Assembly (NCBI GenBank): GCA_039178155.1
Contig: JBCDFI010000001.1
Location: 39,267 to 103,266, forward strand
Direction: 5' to 3'
DNA from: Cyanobacteria bacterium P01_H01_bin.105
Lineage (GTDB): Bacteria; Cyanobacteriota; Cyanobacteriia; Phormidesmidales; Phormidesmidaceae
DNA length: 64,000 nt
Both the position numbers and the translations under genes were made by a program. Under the pieces are notes generated by a model. The model made no database searches, was not told where the DNA came from, and saw only the letters and a list, made by a program, of their open reading frames with translations. How positions within the stretch are numbered: the stretch's first letter is position 1; the number at the start of each line of letters is the position of its first letter. Shown piece by piece: positions 9,371 through 18,377 of the stretch.

Positions 9371-10255
9371 AGCAGCTGGCAGTGCTCCTCGATTGCAATT
9401 ACTTAGCTCCACTGCTTCGTGGTACTCACCACTTAAGATCGCGTAATCCGCAAACTCTGCATCGTCTATTCCATACATGGAGACGAGGTAGAACATGAAA
9501 TTGCTCGGGATTAGGTGAGGGCAGACGTAATCGTCGTTCTTGTCCTTTTCATAGAACGAGACCATTCGACCCTTTTCTTTGGAACAGTTAGGGCAGTAAA
9601 GGGTGGGCTGGCGGAGCATTGAGCCGGTCGAGCAATCGTTATAGCGACGGGACAAGATGGCTTCTGCTGTCTCACTATCCTTGGGTACCGCTGCGGCAAG
9701 GTAAAGCCAGATGTAGCCCTCATCCTTGATGATCTCACGATTGAACTTGGCGAACCCTCCTCCGTTGAGGATGTCTTTGGTGGTGGATTCCTCGGTGACA
9801 AGCTTACTTTCAAAGATGAAGGCTGCCGCCTTCTCGCTATCACCCCAGGCGTGGTCAAAAATGAGCGGTCGGCCCTTGAAAGTGAGGCCCATACCGATGA
9901 GTGCATCACGATGCCAGCGGCGATAGTCGAAATCCACCAGGTTATTAGAGGCCTGGTAGGGGACCACTAACCATTCATCAGCAGAGGACTCCCAGCCGAC
10001 CAATTCATTGATGACTCTGAGCTGAGATGAAGTGGGAGTTGTGATCTGGCCTGTTAGCTGGTCTGATTCAACATCCTCCTGGAGACGAGTGATAGGTTGG
10101 ATGGATTGTTCCTCCTGATAGAGGCGTTCCAACTCTCTGGCAACAAAAGGGGTGATCACCTGGGCGAGCTGGTGTTCGCTAAAGTCTTCCAGATCTGTGC
10201 CTTTGAAAGCTTTAACGAGTGAGGGGGAAGTAAGGCTGAGAGGGGGAATAGTCAT
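9353..10255 (-). CDS. Putative prohead maturation protease
   Basis: Between portal and capsid; FKGRPLIFDHAW, CSTG and ELS motifs plus a CxxC insert. Confidence 0.7.
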   Translation of the reverse strand: MTIPPLSLTSPSLVKAFKGTDLEDFSEHQLAQVITPFVARELERLYQEEQSIQPITRLQEDVESDQLTGQITTPTSSQLRVINELVGWESSADEWLVVPYQASNNLVDFDYRRWHRDALIGMGLTFKGRPLIFDHAWGDSEKAAAFIFESKLVTEESTTKDILNGGGFAKFNREIIKDEGYIWLYLAAAVPKDSETAEAILSRRYNDCSTGSMLRQPTLYCPNCSKEKGRMVSFYEKDKNDDYVCPHLIPSNFMFYLVSMYGIDDAEFADYAILSGEYHEAVELSNCNRGALPAASILRA

Positions 10256-11592
10256 AAGGGGGTGAAGGCGCTTTTACCGTTTACATGAGTGAAGATTTGT
10301 TGGGCCTGGGCTTCTTCATCTTGAGCGGAATCAGCGTTTGAGCTTTGCTGCTGTCCATTTCCGCTCGAGCCGGTCGGCTGAAGGCCAGGCATCTCTTGAG
10401 TAATGAATTTGGGCCACTCTAGCTTGATCTTGGGCCGCTCCTGTTTCCAGAAATCATAGCCTTTGTTCAAAGTGACCTCCACTCCGATAGCCCAGATGAT
10501 CTGTTTGGCCAAGTACGATCGCACGGTGGAGATGAGTCTGCCATAGGCCAGGGCTGGTTGCCCTCCGAGTTCCTTGGAGGCTCCTTGTTCCAGCCCCAGA
10601 CCAGGTATGAGAAAGATGGGGCACCCTGGCAGGCACATCCGGTACCGAAGCTGAAGGTAATGGTCGATGAGGGGCTTGAGGGTGGGTGTGGCCGCTGCCA
10701 ACTTCTCGACCTTGGCCCCATGGGAGAGGTAGAGGTCTGTCACGATTCCCATGGCCTTGGTTTCTTCGTACTCAGCCCGGTAGAGGTTTTTATAATTGGC
10801 TCCTTTGTCCTCCGGCATAATGTGAAGGTTGGGGAGGATGGCTGACGAGCGAGCGGCGTCTACGAGGTCTGCGATCGCATCCTTGATGTCTTGCCATACC
10901 TCTATTTGGGAGAGACCGGGTGGATACCCGTAGCGGCCAGGGCCAGGCGCACGAAAATGAAGAATACGAGCGAGATCGGTGCCTCGCCAAATCCGATCAG
11001 AGTCACCCGGCTCAAAGCGCTCTTGCTGACGATATTGGAGCAGATTGCCGTGCTCGTCTTCCTCGATGAAGGTGGAGAAAGATGGAAGATAAAGAGTTTG
11101 GGCGATAGCGTAGCCGGAACCATCCCGCTCAATGGCTAGTTCCATGAATGAGTCACCATAGCCCATGAGCTGACAGACAGCGGTTTCGAGGATTTCCCCG
11201 CCAAGGAGTTCGTCTTTGCCACAATAACGATTCTGGAGGTCCTCGATGAGTCCGGTCGTGTAGGAATCGAGTCCTGTGTTTGGTGCAAGGGACCAAGACT
11301 CAACCCCACCCTGCTCATTCTGAAAGGTGTTCTGAGCTAAAAGGCGAAGGCAGGTACTGAACTCGTAAGACCAGGAGGACATTTCGAGCAGCGATCGCGA
11401 GGCCCCATGGTCAAACATGATGGGGCGAAGCGGGATCTCCGGGATGTCGAGCTGCTTGAGATTGCGACGACGAATTTGACCAGCGGGGAGGATCTGGTCC
11501 TGCGAACCGGTAAGCTTGCTAGTGCGCCGTCTCGGTTTACTGCCCCGGACTAAGTCTATTAAATTGGAGAGCTGACCCCGGATAGTGGGCAT
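10252..11592 (-). CDS. Portal protein
   Basis: 446 aa; LMGYGDSFMEL, ILHFR and GRYGYP portal motifs; first gene of the head operon. Confidence 0.8.
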   Translation of the reverse strand: MPTIRGQLSNLIDLVRGSKPRRRTSKLTGSQDQILPAGQIRRRNLKQLDIPEIPLRPIMFDHGASRSLLEMSSWSYEFSTCLRLLAQNTFQNEQGGVESWSLAPNTGLDSYTTGLIEDLQNRYCGKDELLGGEILETAVCQLMGYGDSFMELAIERDGSGYAIAQTLYLPSFSTFIEEDEHGNLLQYRQQERFEPGDSDRIWRGTDLARILHFRAPGPGRYGYPPGLSQIEVWQDIKDAIADLVDAARSSAILPNLHIMPEDKGANYKNLYRAEYEETKAMGIVTDLYLSHGAKVEKLAAATPTLKPLIDHYLQLRYRMCLPGCPIFLIPGLGLEQGASKELGGQPALAYGRLISTVRSYLAKQIIWAIGVEVTLNKGYDFWKQERPKIKLEWPKFITQEMPGLQPTGSSGNGQQQSSNADSAQDEEAQAQQIFTHVNGKSAFTPL

Positions 11593-11750
11593 GGGGGGTG
11601 TTGGAGAAGTGAGTGAAGTTAAAGCTAAAGTATAGTCTACTGAAATGTAGTCTAAGTATAGTGAGTGATGTTTGAAAATTTCTCCGGAACCAGTTTTGTG
11701 ATCGGGGCACTGATTGGATCGCTCGGAAGCCTAAGCTTGGTGGCAGGAGT

Positions 11751-11822
11751 GACGCTCGGGGTCCTAGCGATTAGCGTGGCTAACCAGAGAGAGGAAGGCT
11801 AATCGCTAAGACCCCAAGCGTC
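11751..11822 (-). repeat. 25-bp imperfect inverted repeat (RNA hairpin) upstream of the portal gene
   Basis: Arms 11751-11775 and 11798-11822; both mismatches become G.U pairs on the minus strand. Confidence 0.7.
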
Positions 11823-11895
11823 CAGGAATAAGGCGCTAACTCCCTTGATTTTTCCAGCACCAGCCGCTGTAATGAGACTAGTCATTTATAGTGCC

Positions 11896-12282
11896 ATGGT
11901 CACTGCCTACCGACCGCAAGCCATAGATACCACCGTAGAAGCTGATCGCCACCTGTTCAGTCTTCTAGCTCAACGCACCAATGAACAGCGTATGGCCATG
12001 ACGGTTCGGTATACCCAGGGCGGCTTAGCGATGTCTCTAGGTGGCTTGAAGCAGCGGTTTGGCCATCTTGATAACCAGGCCTTTGCGCACAAAGTGGCCC
12101 AAGCCTGGTTAGGTGAGCATTGGCCAGTAGGATTTGAACCCAAAGGAGACCCAATGACCTGGACTCAGGATTCGATTGGGCTAGCTCGTCGGTTACATGC
12201 CCTATTCACCCACTTGGGCATCCAGTACTACGTAAGATCATATGCTTTGTTTGCTTGCTCCCGTACTGAAGTGGGTAACTGA
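11896..12282 (+). pseudogene. Truncated nucleotidyltransferase-like gene
   Basis: Resembles a cyanobacterial NTase family up to LFTHLGIQYYV, then breaks off before the expected GG/GS...DxD motif. Confidence 0.55.
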
Positions 12283-12323
12283 TTCAGGCGTTTACGAAAG
12301 TCCTTGGTAGTACTCGATTTCAT
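12228..12323 (-). pseudogene. Truncated ParE/RelE-like toxin (31 aa)
   Basis: MKSSTTKDFRKRLNQLPTSVREQANKAYDLT*; start overlaps the antitoxin stop (ATGA). Confidence 0.6.
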
Positions 12324-12550
12324 TGACTGGCTGGGAAAATCGTGTCGAGTGGTTCAACCGTGCCTGATTCGATTTCCTGACGTACCATAGCTGCAAGGTT
12401 ATCCCACTGGGCATCTGTGGTGGATTCAAAGCGTGCCTGCCAAGCCTGCTCGTCTTCTAACTCGGCCAGGAGTCGGGATGCGATCGCGTCCTGCTGCTCG
12501 TCAGATAGCTCGGAAACTTTTGCAATGGCCTGTTGAAGGAGTTCAGTCAT
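12320..12550 (-). CDS. Putative antitoxin (addiction module component)
   Basis: MTELLQQAIAKVSELSDEQQDAIA...; acidic 76 aa, coupled to the toxin remnant. Confidence 0.7.
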   Translation of the reverse strand: MTELLQQAIAKVSELSDEQQDAIASRLLAELEDEQAWQARFESTTDAQWDNLAAMVRQEIESGTVEPLDTIFPASQ

Positions 12551-12879
12551 ACTTTGGATAGGTGCTAATAAGTGTTAGCTATAACGACAGTCAATGATGG
12601 TCCATTTGCATTATAGCTAGTAGCTAGCTGCAAGTGTCTTACTATACTGGATAGTGGATTTTGTATTATTCAGGAAGTCTATGCCTACATCGGCTCGCAG
12701 GCTTGCCACTGGTTTAAGGCAAGAGTGCTCTTGTGAGAGAATGGTTGGTCGGAAGCTAGTGGTGATTGTCATCGGTCTGTAGCCCTAATCAAATCACCAT
12801 GAATTGAACAAATCCAGAGCGATAGAGCCAAAATTAAGAGATATACTGATCAACAAATAATTTTCTAGCAAATCACGAG

Positions 12880-13680
12880 TTGATTATGAAAAAATGCTCA
12901 TTTACAATTGAACAAAACGTTATTGTTAAAAAAACTCTCCCTAAAAAGGGCATCGTTAGTTCAAACCCCGAACGTTCTCTTCGTTTATCTTCTAAGTTTT
13001 TAGAAAACCCTACTGTAAAAATACAATCTTGGGGTGTTGGTGTTATGGCAGGGAATATAACCCGTGGGAATGTAAGCGAAGAATTTTTCTTTGCGTATGT
13101 TCCCATGGGAGCAAGTGGGTCTGCCCATGCTTTTCATGAGATGTTTGCGGCTGGGGCACAAGAGGTTGTTCGCCTTGGCAGTAATGACGTATGGGTACAG
13201 GAAAAAGATATGGATTCACTCGTTTTAGTGTCTGAATCCAGAGGCTTAAGAGGGTTATCTTGGGATCATGGCATAGAAGAGCAAGATGTAGATTTACCGC
13301 TGATGCCTGACAATGAATTAAATCAAAGATTGATAAAAAGCTGCAACAGGAACAGTTTCTTATTTTCTGAACGTGTGTGTTTTAATGTTGACGATTATCA
13401 TGCGTATCTATATCCTGAATTGATGGAGAATTCCCAAAGAATTAAGCAGCGTCTTGATGCCTATAATTCCTTCGGTCCATATAGCAGAGATATGGAAACA
13501 GCTTCTTTATTTCTAAAAGCCAATCAATTTGGAATGAAAGCTGCAAGTGTTCTACAAAATGTATTTAAACAGAAAAAAGAATCACCTTATGAGGGCTCTT
13601 CAGGTGATAAAGCTAAGATAAATGAAAGCAAAATAGCAGAAATTATAATAGATGCTCTGATTGAAACATCAGTAGAGTGA
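12880..13680 (+). CDS. Nucleoside phosphorylase family protein (PNP/UDP)
   Basis: PMGASGS, VVRLGS and DMETASLF motifs. Confidence 0.75.
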   Translation: MIMKKCSFTIEQNVIVKKTLPKKGIVSSNPERSLRLSSKFLENPTVKIQSWGVGVMAGNITRGNVSEEFFFAYVPMGASGSAHAFHEMFAAGAQEVVRLGSNDVWVQEKDMDSLVLVSESRGLRGLSWDHGIEEQDVDLPLMPDNELNQRLIKSCNRNSFLFSERVCFNVDDYHAYLYPELMENSQRIKQRLDAYNSFGPYSRDMETASLFLKANQFGMKAASVLQNVFKQKKESPYEGSSGDKAKINESKIAEIIIDALIETSVE

Positions 13681-13721
13681 TTGGTCTAATCGGGAGAGAG
13701 AGGCTTCATAAGTTCTCTTAG

Positions 13722-13862
13722 CTAACCGGCTTGGCTCCGTCTGGAAAGCAAGCGTTCACGGATTCCAACTGGGTTAAAGCGTTGTTTGGCTTCCTGCTGA
13801 ATCGCATCCGCCTGACGTTGCCGTTCTGCTAAGTAAGTGTCTACCTTATCCCGATGTCTGAG
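13722..13862 (-). pseudogene. C-terminal remnant of a DUF433-like antitoxin
   Basis: My translation LRHRDKVDTYLAERQRQADAIQQEAKQRFNPVGIRERLLSRRSQAG*; no N-terminus present. Confidence 0.5.
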
Positions 13863-13981
13863 GATGCTAGGGATTTTAAGTGAAACGCCTGGGAGCAATT
13901 GAGTTAGTGGCTAACGGGGTGATCCGCATCCTTAATCCGGGTCAGGCTATAATTCTTAATGCCTCGCCTCAGTTAACTGTC

Positions 13982-14674
13982 ATGGTGACCGTCCCCTCTC
14001 GTTATCGAAAACTCATGATTCCGCCATTAGAAAATGGCGATCGCTTATCTCGGTCTGAATTCGAGCGACGCTACGGAGCCATGACCGACATCAAAAAGGC
14101 TGATCTGATCGAAAGAACCGTTTATATGGCGTCTCCCTTGCGCTTTGAGCCCCATGCTGAGCCTCACGCAGATGTCATTACCTGGCTGGGGTTGTATAAA
14201 GCCATGACACCTGGCGTGCGCCTGGGGGATAACCCTACAGTCCGTCTGGATCGTGATAACGAACCCCAACCCGATGCGGTTTTGCGATTAGACCAAACTG
14301 TTGGCGGTCAATCCTCAATTGATGCTGATGGGTATGTGGACGGTGCTCCCGAATTTATTGCCGAGATTTCAGCGAGTACGGCCACCATTGACCTGGGGGA
14401 TAAACTGCGAGCCTATCGACGTAATGGTGTAAAAGAATATTTCGTCTGGCAGGTCTTTGATGAGCGTATCGACTGGTTTCAGCTTCAGGATGATGAGTAT
14501 GTCAGTTTGGATATAGACCAAGAGAGCCTTATTCGCAGCCATGTATTTCCAGGGCTCTGGTTAGACCGCAATGCGATGCTCACAGGCAATATGCAACAGG
14601 TAATAACGGTATTACAAACGGGGCTGGCTAGCTCTCAACATCAATCGTTTGTCGATAAACTTTTCCAAGCTTAA
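13982..14674 (+). CDS. Uma2 family endonuclease (DUF820)
   Basis: PPLENGDRL, EPQPDAVL, GAPEFIAEIS and YRRNGVKEY motifs. Confidence 0.92.
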   Translation: MVTVPSRYRKLMIPPLENGDRLSRSEFERRYGAMTDIKKADLIERTVYMASPLRFEPHAEPHADVITWLGLYKAMTPGVRLGDNPTVRLDRDNEPQPDAVLRLDQTVGGQSSIDADGYVDGAPEFIAEISASTATIDLGDKLRAYRRNGVKEYFVWQVFDERIDWFQLQDDEYVSLDIDQESLIRSHVFPGLWLDRNAMLTGNMQQVITVLQTGLASSQHQSFVDKLFQA

Positions 14675-14738
14675 GGAAAGAACGGCAAAAATTTTTAATG
14701 TAAACTCAGATTACAAAAAAGCATGCTATACTCCAATC

Positions 14739-14909
14739 AGTAGTCGCCTACTAAGGGACAACGCGAACGAGCGCCTAACATTTTTCTAGTAGATCTTAAT
14801 GCAAAAACTATTTTGCTGCAAGATTGTGGATGTGCTCTGCGTGGTCTTGAACTACCAGAGATTTTTTTTTAATAGACCGGTTGTTCCTCGACCCATAGGC
14901 GACGCTACT
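14739..14909 (+). ncRNA. Candidate structured RNA / 5' leader of the helicase operon
   Basis: Extended -10 TGCTATACT at 14724-14732; nested complementary segments AGTAGTCGCCTA/TAGGCGAcgCTACT, AGGGACAAC/GTTGTTCCT, TCTAGTAG/CTACCAGA, ATCTT/AAGAT, GCAAAA/TTTTGC. Confidence 0.5.
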
Positions 14910-14931
14910 ACACTATACAGTTTGAAGTGTC

Positions 14932-16812
14932 ATGCCCGTAGCGTCACTAGTCAAAAACGAAATACGAGAATTCAAGCCAAAATACAAGCTTAGAGATGGG
15001 CAAAATGCGGCTGCAGAATGGATTCTAGACAATCCAAAAGCAGATAAACTCTTTTTGCACTTCCCTACGGGATATGGGAAAACACTGGCCTTTTTGGTTA
15101 CCTATCTAAGCCTATGCAATACCAATAGGGTGAATAGAGCCCTTATCGTCGTTCCCAGCTCAGAGCAGTTTTCTAGCTATATACGAGACTTAGAGAACGA
15201 CTGTCACGAAAAGCTAAGAGTTCGCCTGTCAGGCGTATGCCAAGCGAATGAGCTTTACGCTATCAAGGATAGTCAGTCAGGGAAGGCAGAAGTATTTATA
15301 ACCACGTATCAAGCGCTGCTTAGCCCCGGCAGCTTTGAGCTAGTTAGAAAAATGATGAGCTTAGGCCATAACTGGCTTCTAGCATTAGATGAAGTCCACC
15401 GCACCTCTGATATTAATAAATGGGGAGGGCAGGTTAAAAACCTTCCTTATGAATTTTGTCTGGGGCTAACCGCAACGCCTGAGCGGTCAGACCGCGTCAG
15501 CTTACCCATCATCGGTAGCCCTGATATTGTCGTTACGCTGAAAGAGGCTCTAGAAGAAGACGCGATTCGTCCAGTCAGGACCCATGTTCGAACCTACTAT
15601 GTCGATGTTGACTTTGTGGGAGAAGGTGAACCAGAGCGGGTTAGCGAAGATGACGTTGACGACTATGTTGCTAGGCTTGCATTAGAGGGCAAGAATGTGA
15701 CTAAGCGTCAGATTTTAGAGGAGGCCCGATATTATGATCAATACGTTTGCCCTCTAATAACAGATGCCGTTAGTAGGCTGAATGCCAAAAACGCTAAGCA
15801 TCCTGATCAGCATCAGATGCTAGTGTTTGCACTGTCTTGCAAGCATGCTGAACATTTGTGCAAGGTGATTAACAAAACACATGGTGAAGGGTTTGCTGAT
15901 TGGATTGGCACACAATCAACCATCAATGGTTCTACCTATGGGCGACCAGACAAGATAAATAATCAAATTATTGAACGATATAAGGACAATAAACTGAAAT
16001 GCCTGGTTCAAGTCTGGAAGGCTGCTGAAGGCTTCAACTGCGTTAGGGCAAGTGTTGCGGTTTTCCTTAACATCATGAATGACACACCGCGAGCATGGCA
16101 GGCGTTTGGTAGGGTATTGCGACGCAATGGAGAGATTATTGTCTTTGGTAGCCCTGGGCAACGTGAAGATATTGCGGATATCTACATAACGTCTAGCAAT
16201 GGCATGGCGAACATTCTCAAGAGTTTGGACGATTTAGTTTTGGAAGAATACGAAGGGGAGGATGTTGAGGCAAGTACGATAACTCCCCCTTCATCAGATG
16301 AAAGCAGTGACATAGATTTGCCAGTTATTCACTCGATTCCTGATTTCTTCTTGATAGGCGCACAGATTAAGCAGGATGAAATCTATTGGTCGATTGATGG
16401 AGAGAAAGTTTCTCAAAGTCAAGTAGCAGAAACCCTAAGCAAAAAAGAGGCGTTTAAGGGCATGAGTCAATCGGATTTGCTTGATATTGCACGCCAAACC
16501 ATGACGGAAGAGCTGGGATTAACCCCTAGGATCATGAGCCGAAGTGAGCAATGTGAACAGGCTCGGAAAAAGTGTAATGAGGTTTGTGGTGCATTGGCTT
16601 ATAATGCTGTTCGCATTATCTGTCATCCCAATGCATTTGAGCCCAGCAAGATAGGACTTCTCAAAAAGAAGATTAATACTCGGTGGAAGCGAGCTAGAGG
16701 TGCTGTTTCTGAGAACACGCTCGAAGAATTGGAGATGAAGTATCGGTGGATTCAGGATCTTAATGAGAACATGAAACTGAGTGGGGAGGTAGAAAAATGG
16801 ATGAGACCATAA
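14932..16812 (+). CDS. SF2 DEAD/DEAH-box helicase (ResIII-like)
   Basis: PTGYGKT, DEVH, GLTATPERSD, AEGFN and QAFGRVLR motifs. Confidence 0.9.
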   Translation: MPVASLVKNEIREFKPKYKLRDGQNAAAEWILDNPKADKLFLHFPTGYGKTLAFLVTYLSLCNTNRVNRALIVVPSSEQFSSYIRDLENDCHEKLRVRLSGVCQANELYAIKDSQSGKAEVFITTYQALLSPGSFELVRKMMSLGHNWLLALDEVHRTSDINKWGGQVKNLPYEFCLGLTATPERSDRVSLPIIGSPDIVVTLKEALEEDAIRPVRTHVRTYYVDVDFVGEGEPERVSEDDVDDYVARLALEGKNVTKRQILEEARYYDQYVCPLITDAVSRLNAKNAKHPDQHQMLVFALSCKHAEHLCKVINKTHGEGFADWIGTQSTINGSTYGRPDKINNQIIERYKDNKLKCLVQVWKAAEGFNCVRASVAVFLNIMNDTPRAWQAFGRVLRRNGEIIVFGSPGQREDIADIYITSSNGMANILKSLDDLVLEEYEGEDVEASTITPPSSDESSDIDLPVIHSIPDFFLIGAQIKQDEIYWSIDGEKVSQSQVAETLSKKEAFKGMSQSDLLDIARQTMTEELGLTPRIMSRSEQCEQARKKCNEVCGALAYNAVRIICHPNAFEPSKIGLLKKKINTRWKRARGAVSENTLEELEMKYRWIQDLNENMKLSGEVEKWMRP

Positions 16813-17468
16813 CACCTCTGTACCAGTTGCCTGTTAACCAGTGGCCGATAGAACGGGTTATCGATGGGAAATATCGGCTCTTTCAAATGCGGGCAGAAGC
16901 CGCTGAGAGTGACTGCCGCAAGTTATGCAAGAGTATAGAGGAAGTTAGGACAGACGACTTTTGGAAACAGCTTGCCGATACCTGGGAAGAATTTTGCCAA
17001 GAATTCTATGGGTATCCAGCACAATGGATTGAATATGTGGCTGAGGGGTATAAGAGGCTGGGTAGTCCTGATAGACCTACGACCGCTAAGGAGTGCTTGG
17101 CTGTGGTGGAGGTGGCCGCTAAGGCTGATCCAACCCTAGAGAGAAAGCAAGGAGAACGTACGGATCTGCAACTTCGTTATCATGATAACGAAGTTAAACC
17201 TAGAAGGCGAGGAGCTGACCCCGAATACCTCGCCCAACGAATAGCCGAAGCCGCCCCTGATATCCACCAGAAGATGCTAGCAGGCGAATACTCCTCCACT
17301 AGGGCAGCTGCGATCGATGCCGGAATAGTCAAGCCTAGGCAGACGTTCTCGGTCGGACCGATGACGAAGCCAGATGCGTTTGCAGGGCAGCTACTTGAGC
17401 GGTTGGAGCGTGAGTTTTTAGTAGAAGTGGTAGGGCTTTTGAATGGGCGGTTGGGGGACGATGGGTAG
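16797..17468 (+). CDS. Phage-type DNA-binding protein, helicase partner
   Basis: Overlaps the helicase stop; KQGERTDL and EYLAQRIA...AGEYSSTRAAAIDAGIVK motifs. Confidence 0.6.
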   Translation: MDETITPLYQLPVNQWPIERVIDGKYRLFQMRAEAAESDCRKLCKSIEEVRTDDFWKQLADTWEEFCQEFYGYPAQWIEYVAEGYKRLGSPDRPTTAKECLAVVEVAAKADPTLERKQGERTDLQLRYHDNEVKPRRRGADPEYLAQRIAEAAPDIHQKMLAGEYSSTRAAAIDAGIVKPRQTFSVGPMTKPDAFAGQLLERLEREFLVEVVGLLNGRLGDDG

Positions 17469-17697
17469 AGAAGGATGAAGATGCCTTAATAATTAGTTGT
17501 TTGGTTTTTGAGCAGATTGACATATATCAAAGCATCAAGCTTTCCTGACATTTTAGTATGCATCGTACTATATAGGTTGTAATATGCATTTCCTATGCGG
17601 AAGAAAATGTGCTAATTTTATTTTATAACCGACCTAGCCAGCGTAAGCGTGCATAAACGCTAATACTACATAGCTATTAGTTAAGACACATTGAAAA

Positions 17698-18315
17698 ATG
17701 CAGATATTTCGTTCCCCGTTTGGAAACAGGCCTAGAAGTCCGCGATTTCAGTTGTACGGTAGAAAGGGAGATAGACTTATCGCTCCTTTAAGTATCTGTT
17801 TATTTGAAGTGGAACAGAACACATCTAAGGAGGTGTTGAAATTAGATACAGCAGATGGAGTCTTTATCAACGCTCCTGTTAGTAGAAGTAATGGTGGTAA
17901 TCTAGGTGAAATAGAGAAGTACAATTGGCCAGCACTAGGCTTAGTTAAACCATTTGTCCTTATCTCAACCTCTAGAAATGTTAGTGCATTGCCAGTTGGC
18001 AGTACAAACTCACCGCCGAACAACATAATGGTCGATGACGAAGTTTTTAGTGAAAAAGCAGGCTTCTCTGGCACTAGCCCATTTCCCTTAAAGGGAAAAA
18101 TTATAAGTTTAACAACTAGCGAAACAGCCTATGGTGATACTAATCGTCTAGTTGAAGCATATGTAGTCAAGTTTAACAATCCAGTAGTGAATGACACGCA
18201 TGGACTGCGTATTGTTCATCGTTCAACTAATCAGTTAATAGGAATGCTTATTGCTTCTCGCGTTATTACTCCTGCTAATAGCTTCGGCCTTGTATATCCA
18301 GCTCATCTTATTTAA
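17698..18315 (+). CDS. Hypothetical protein, weak trypsin-like C-terminus
   Basis: DTHGLRIV...LIGMLIAS...GLVYPA resembles the GDSG..VGxL..G.A.P region but lacks the catalytic Ser motif. Confidence 0.5.
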   Translation: MQIFRSPFGNRPRSPRFQLYGRKGDRLIAPLSICLFEVEQNTSKEVLKLDTADGVFINAPVSRSNGGNLGEIEKYNWPALGLVKPFVLISTSRNVSALPVGSTNSPPNNIMVDDEVFSEKAGFSGTSPFPLKGKIISLTTSETAYGDTNRLVEAYVVKFNNPVVNDTHGLRIVHRSTNQLIGMLIASRVITPANSFGLVYPAHLI

Positions 18316-18377
18316 AGGAAACAGTCTAAGAGAAATTTGCATAGATATAGCTCCTTGAAAGATAATCTATACTGCCG

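Noticed and set aside
14739-14909. Retron msr-msd or bona fide 6S RNA
   Set aside because: No RT gene is present and I recognise no diagnostic sequence motif; kept only as an unassigned structured RNA.
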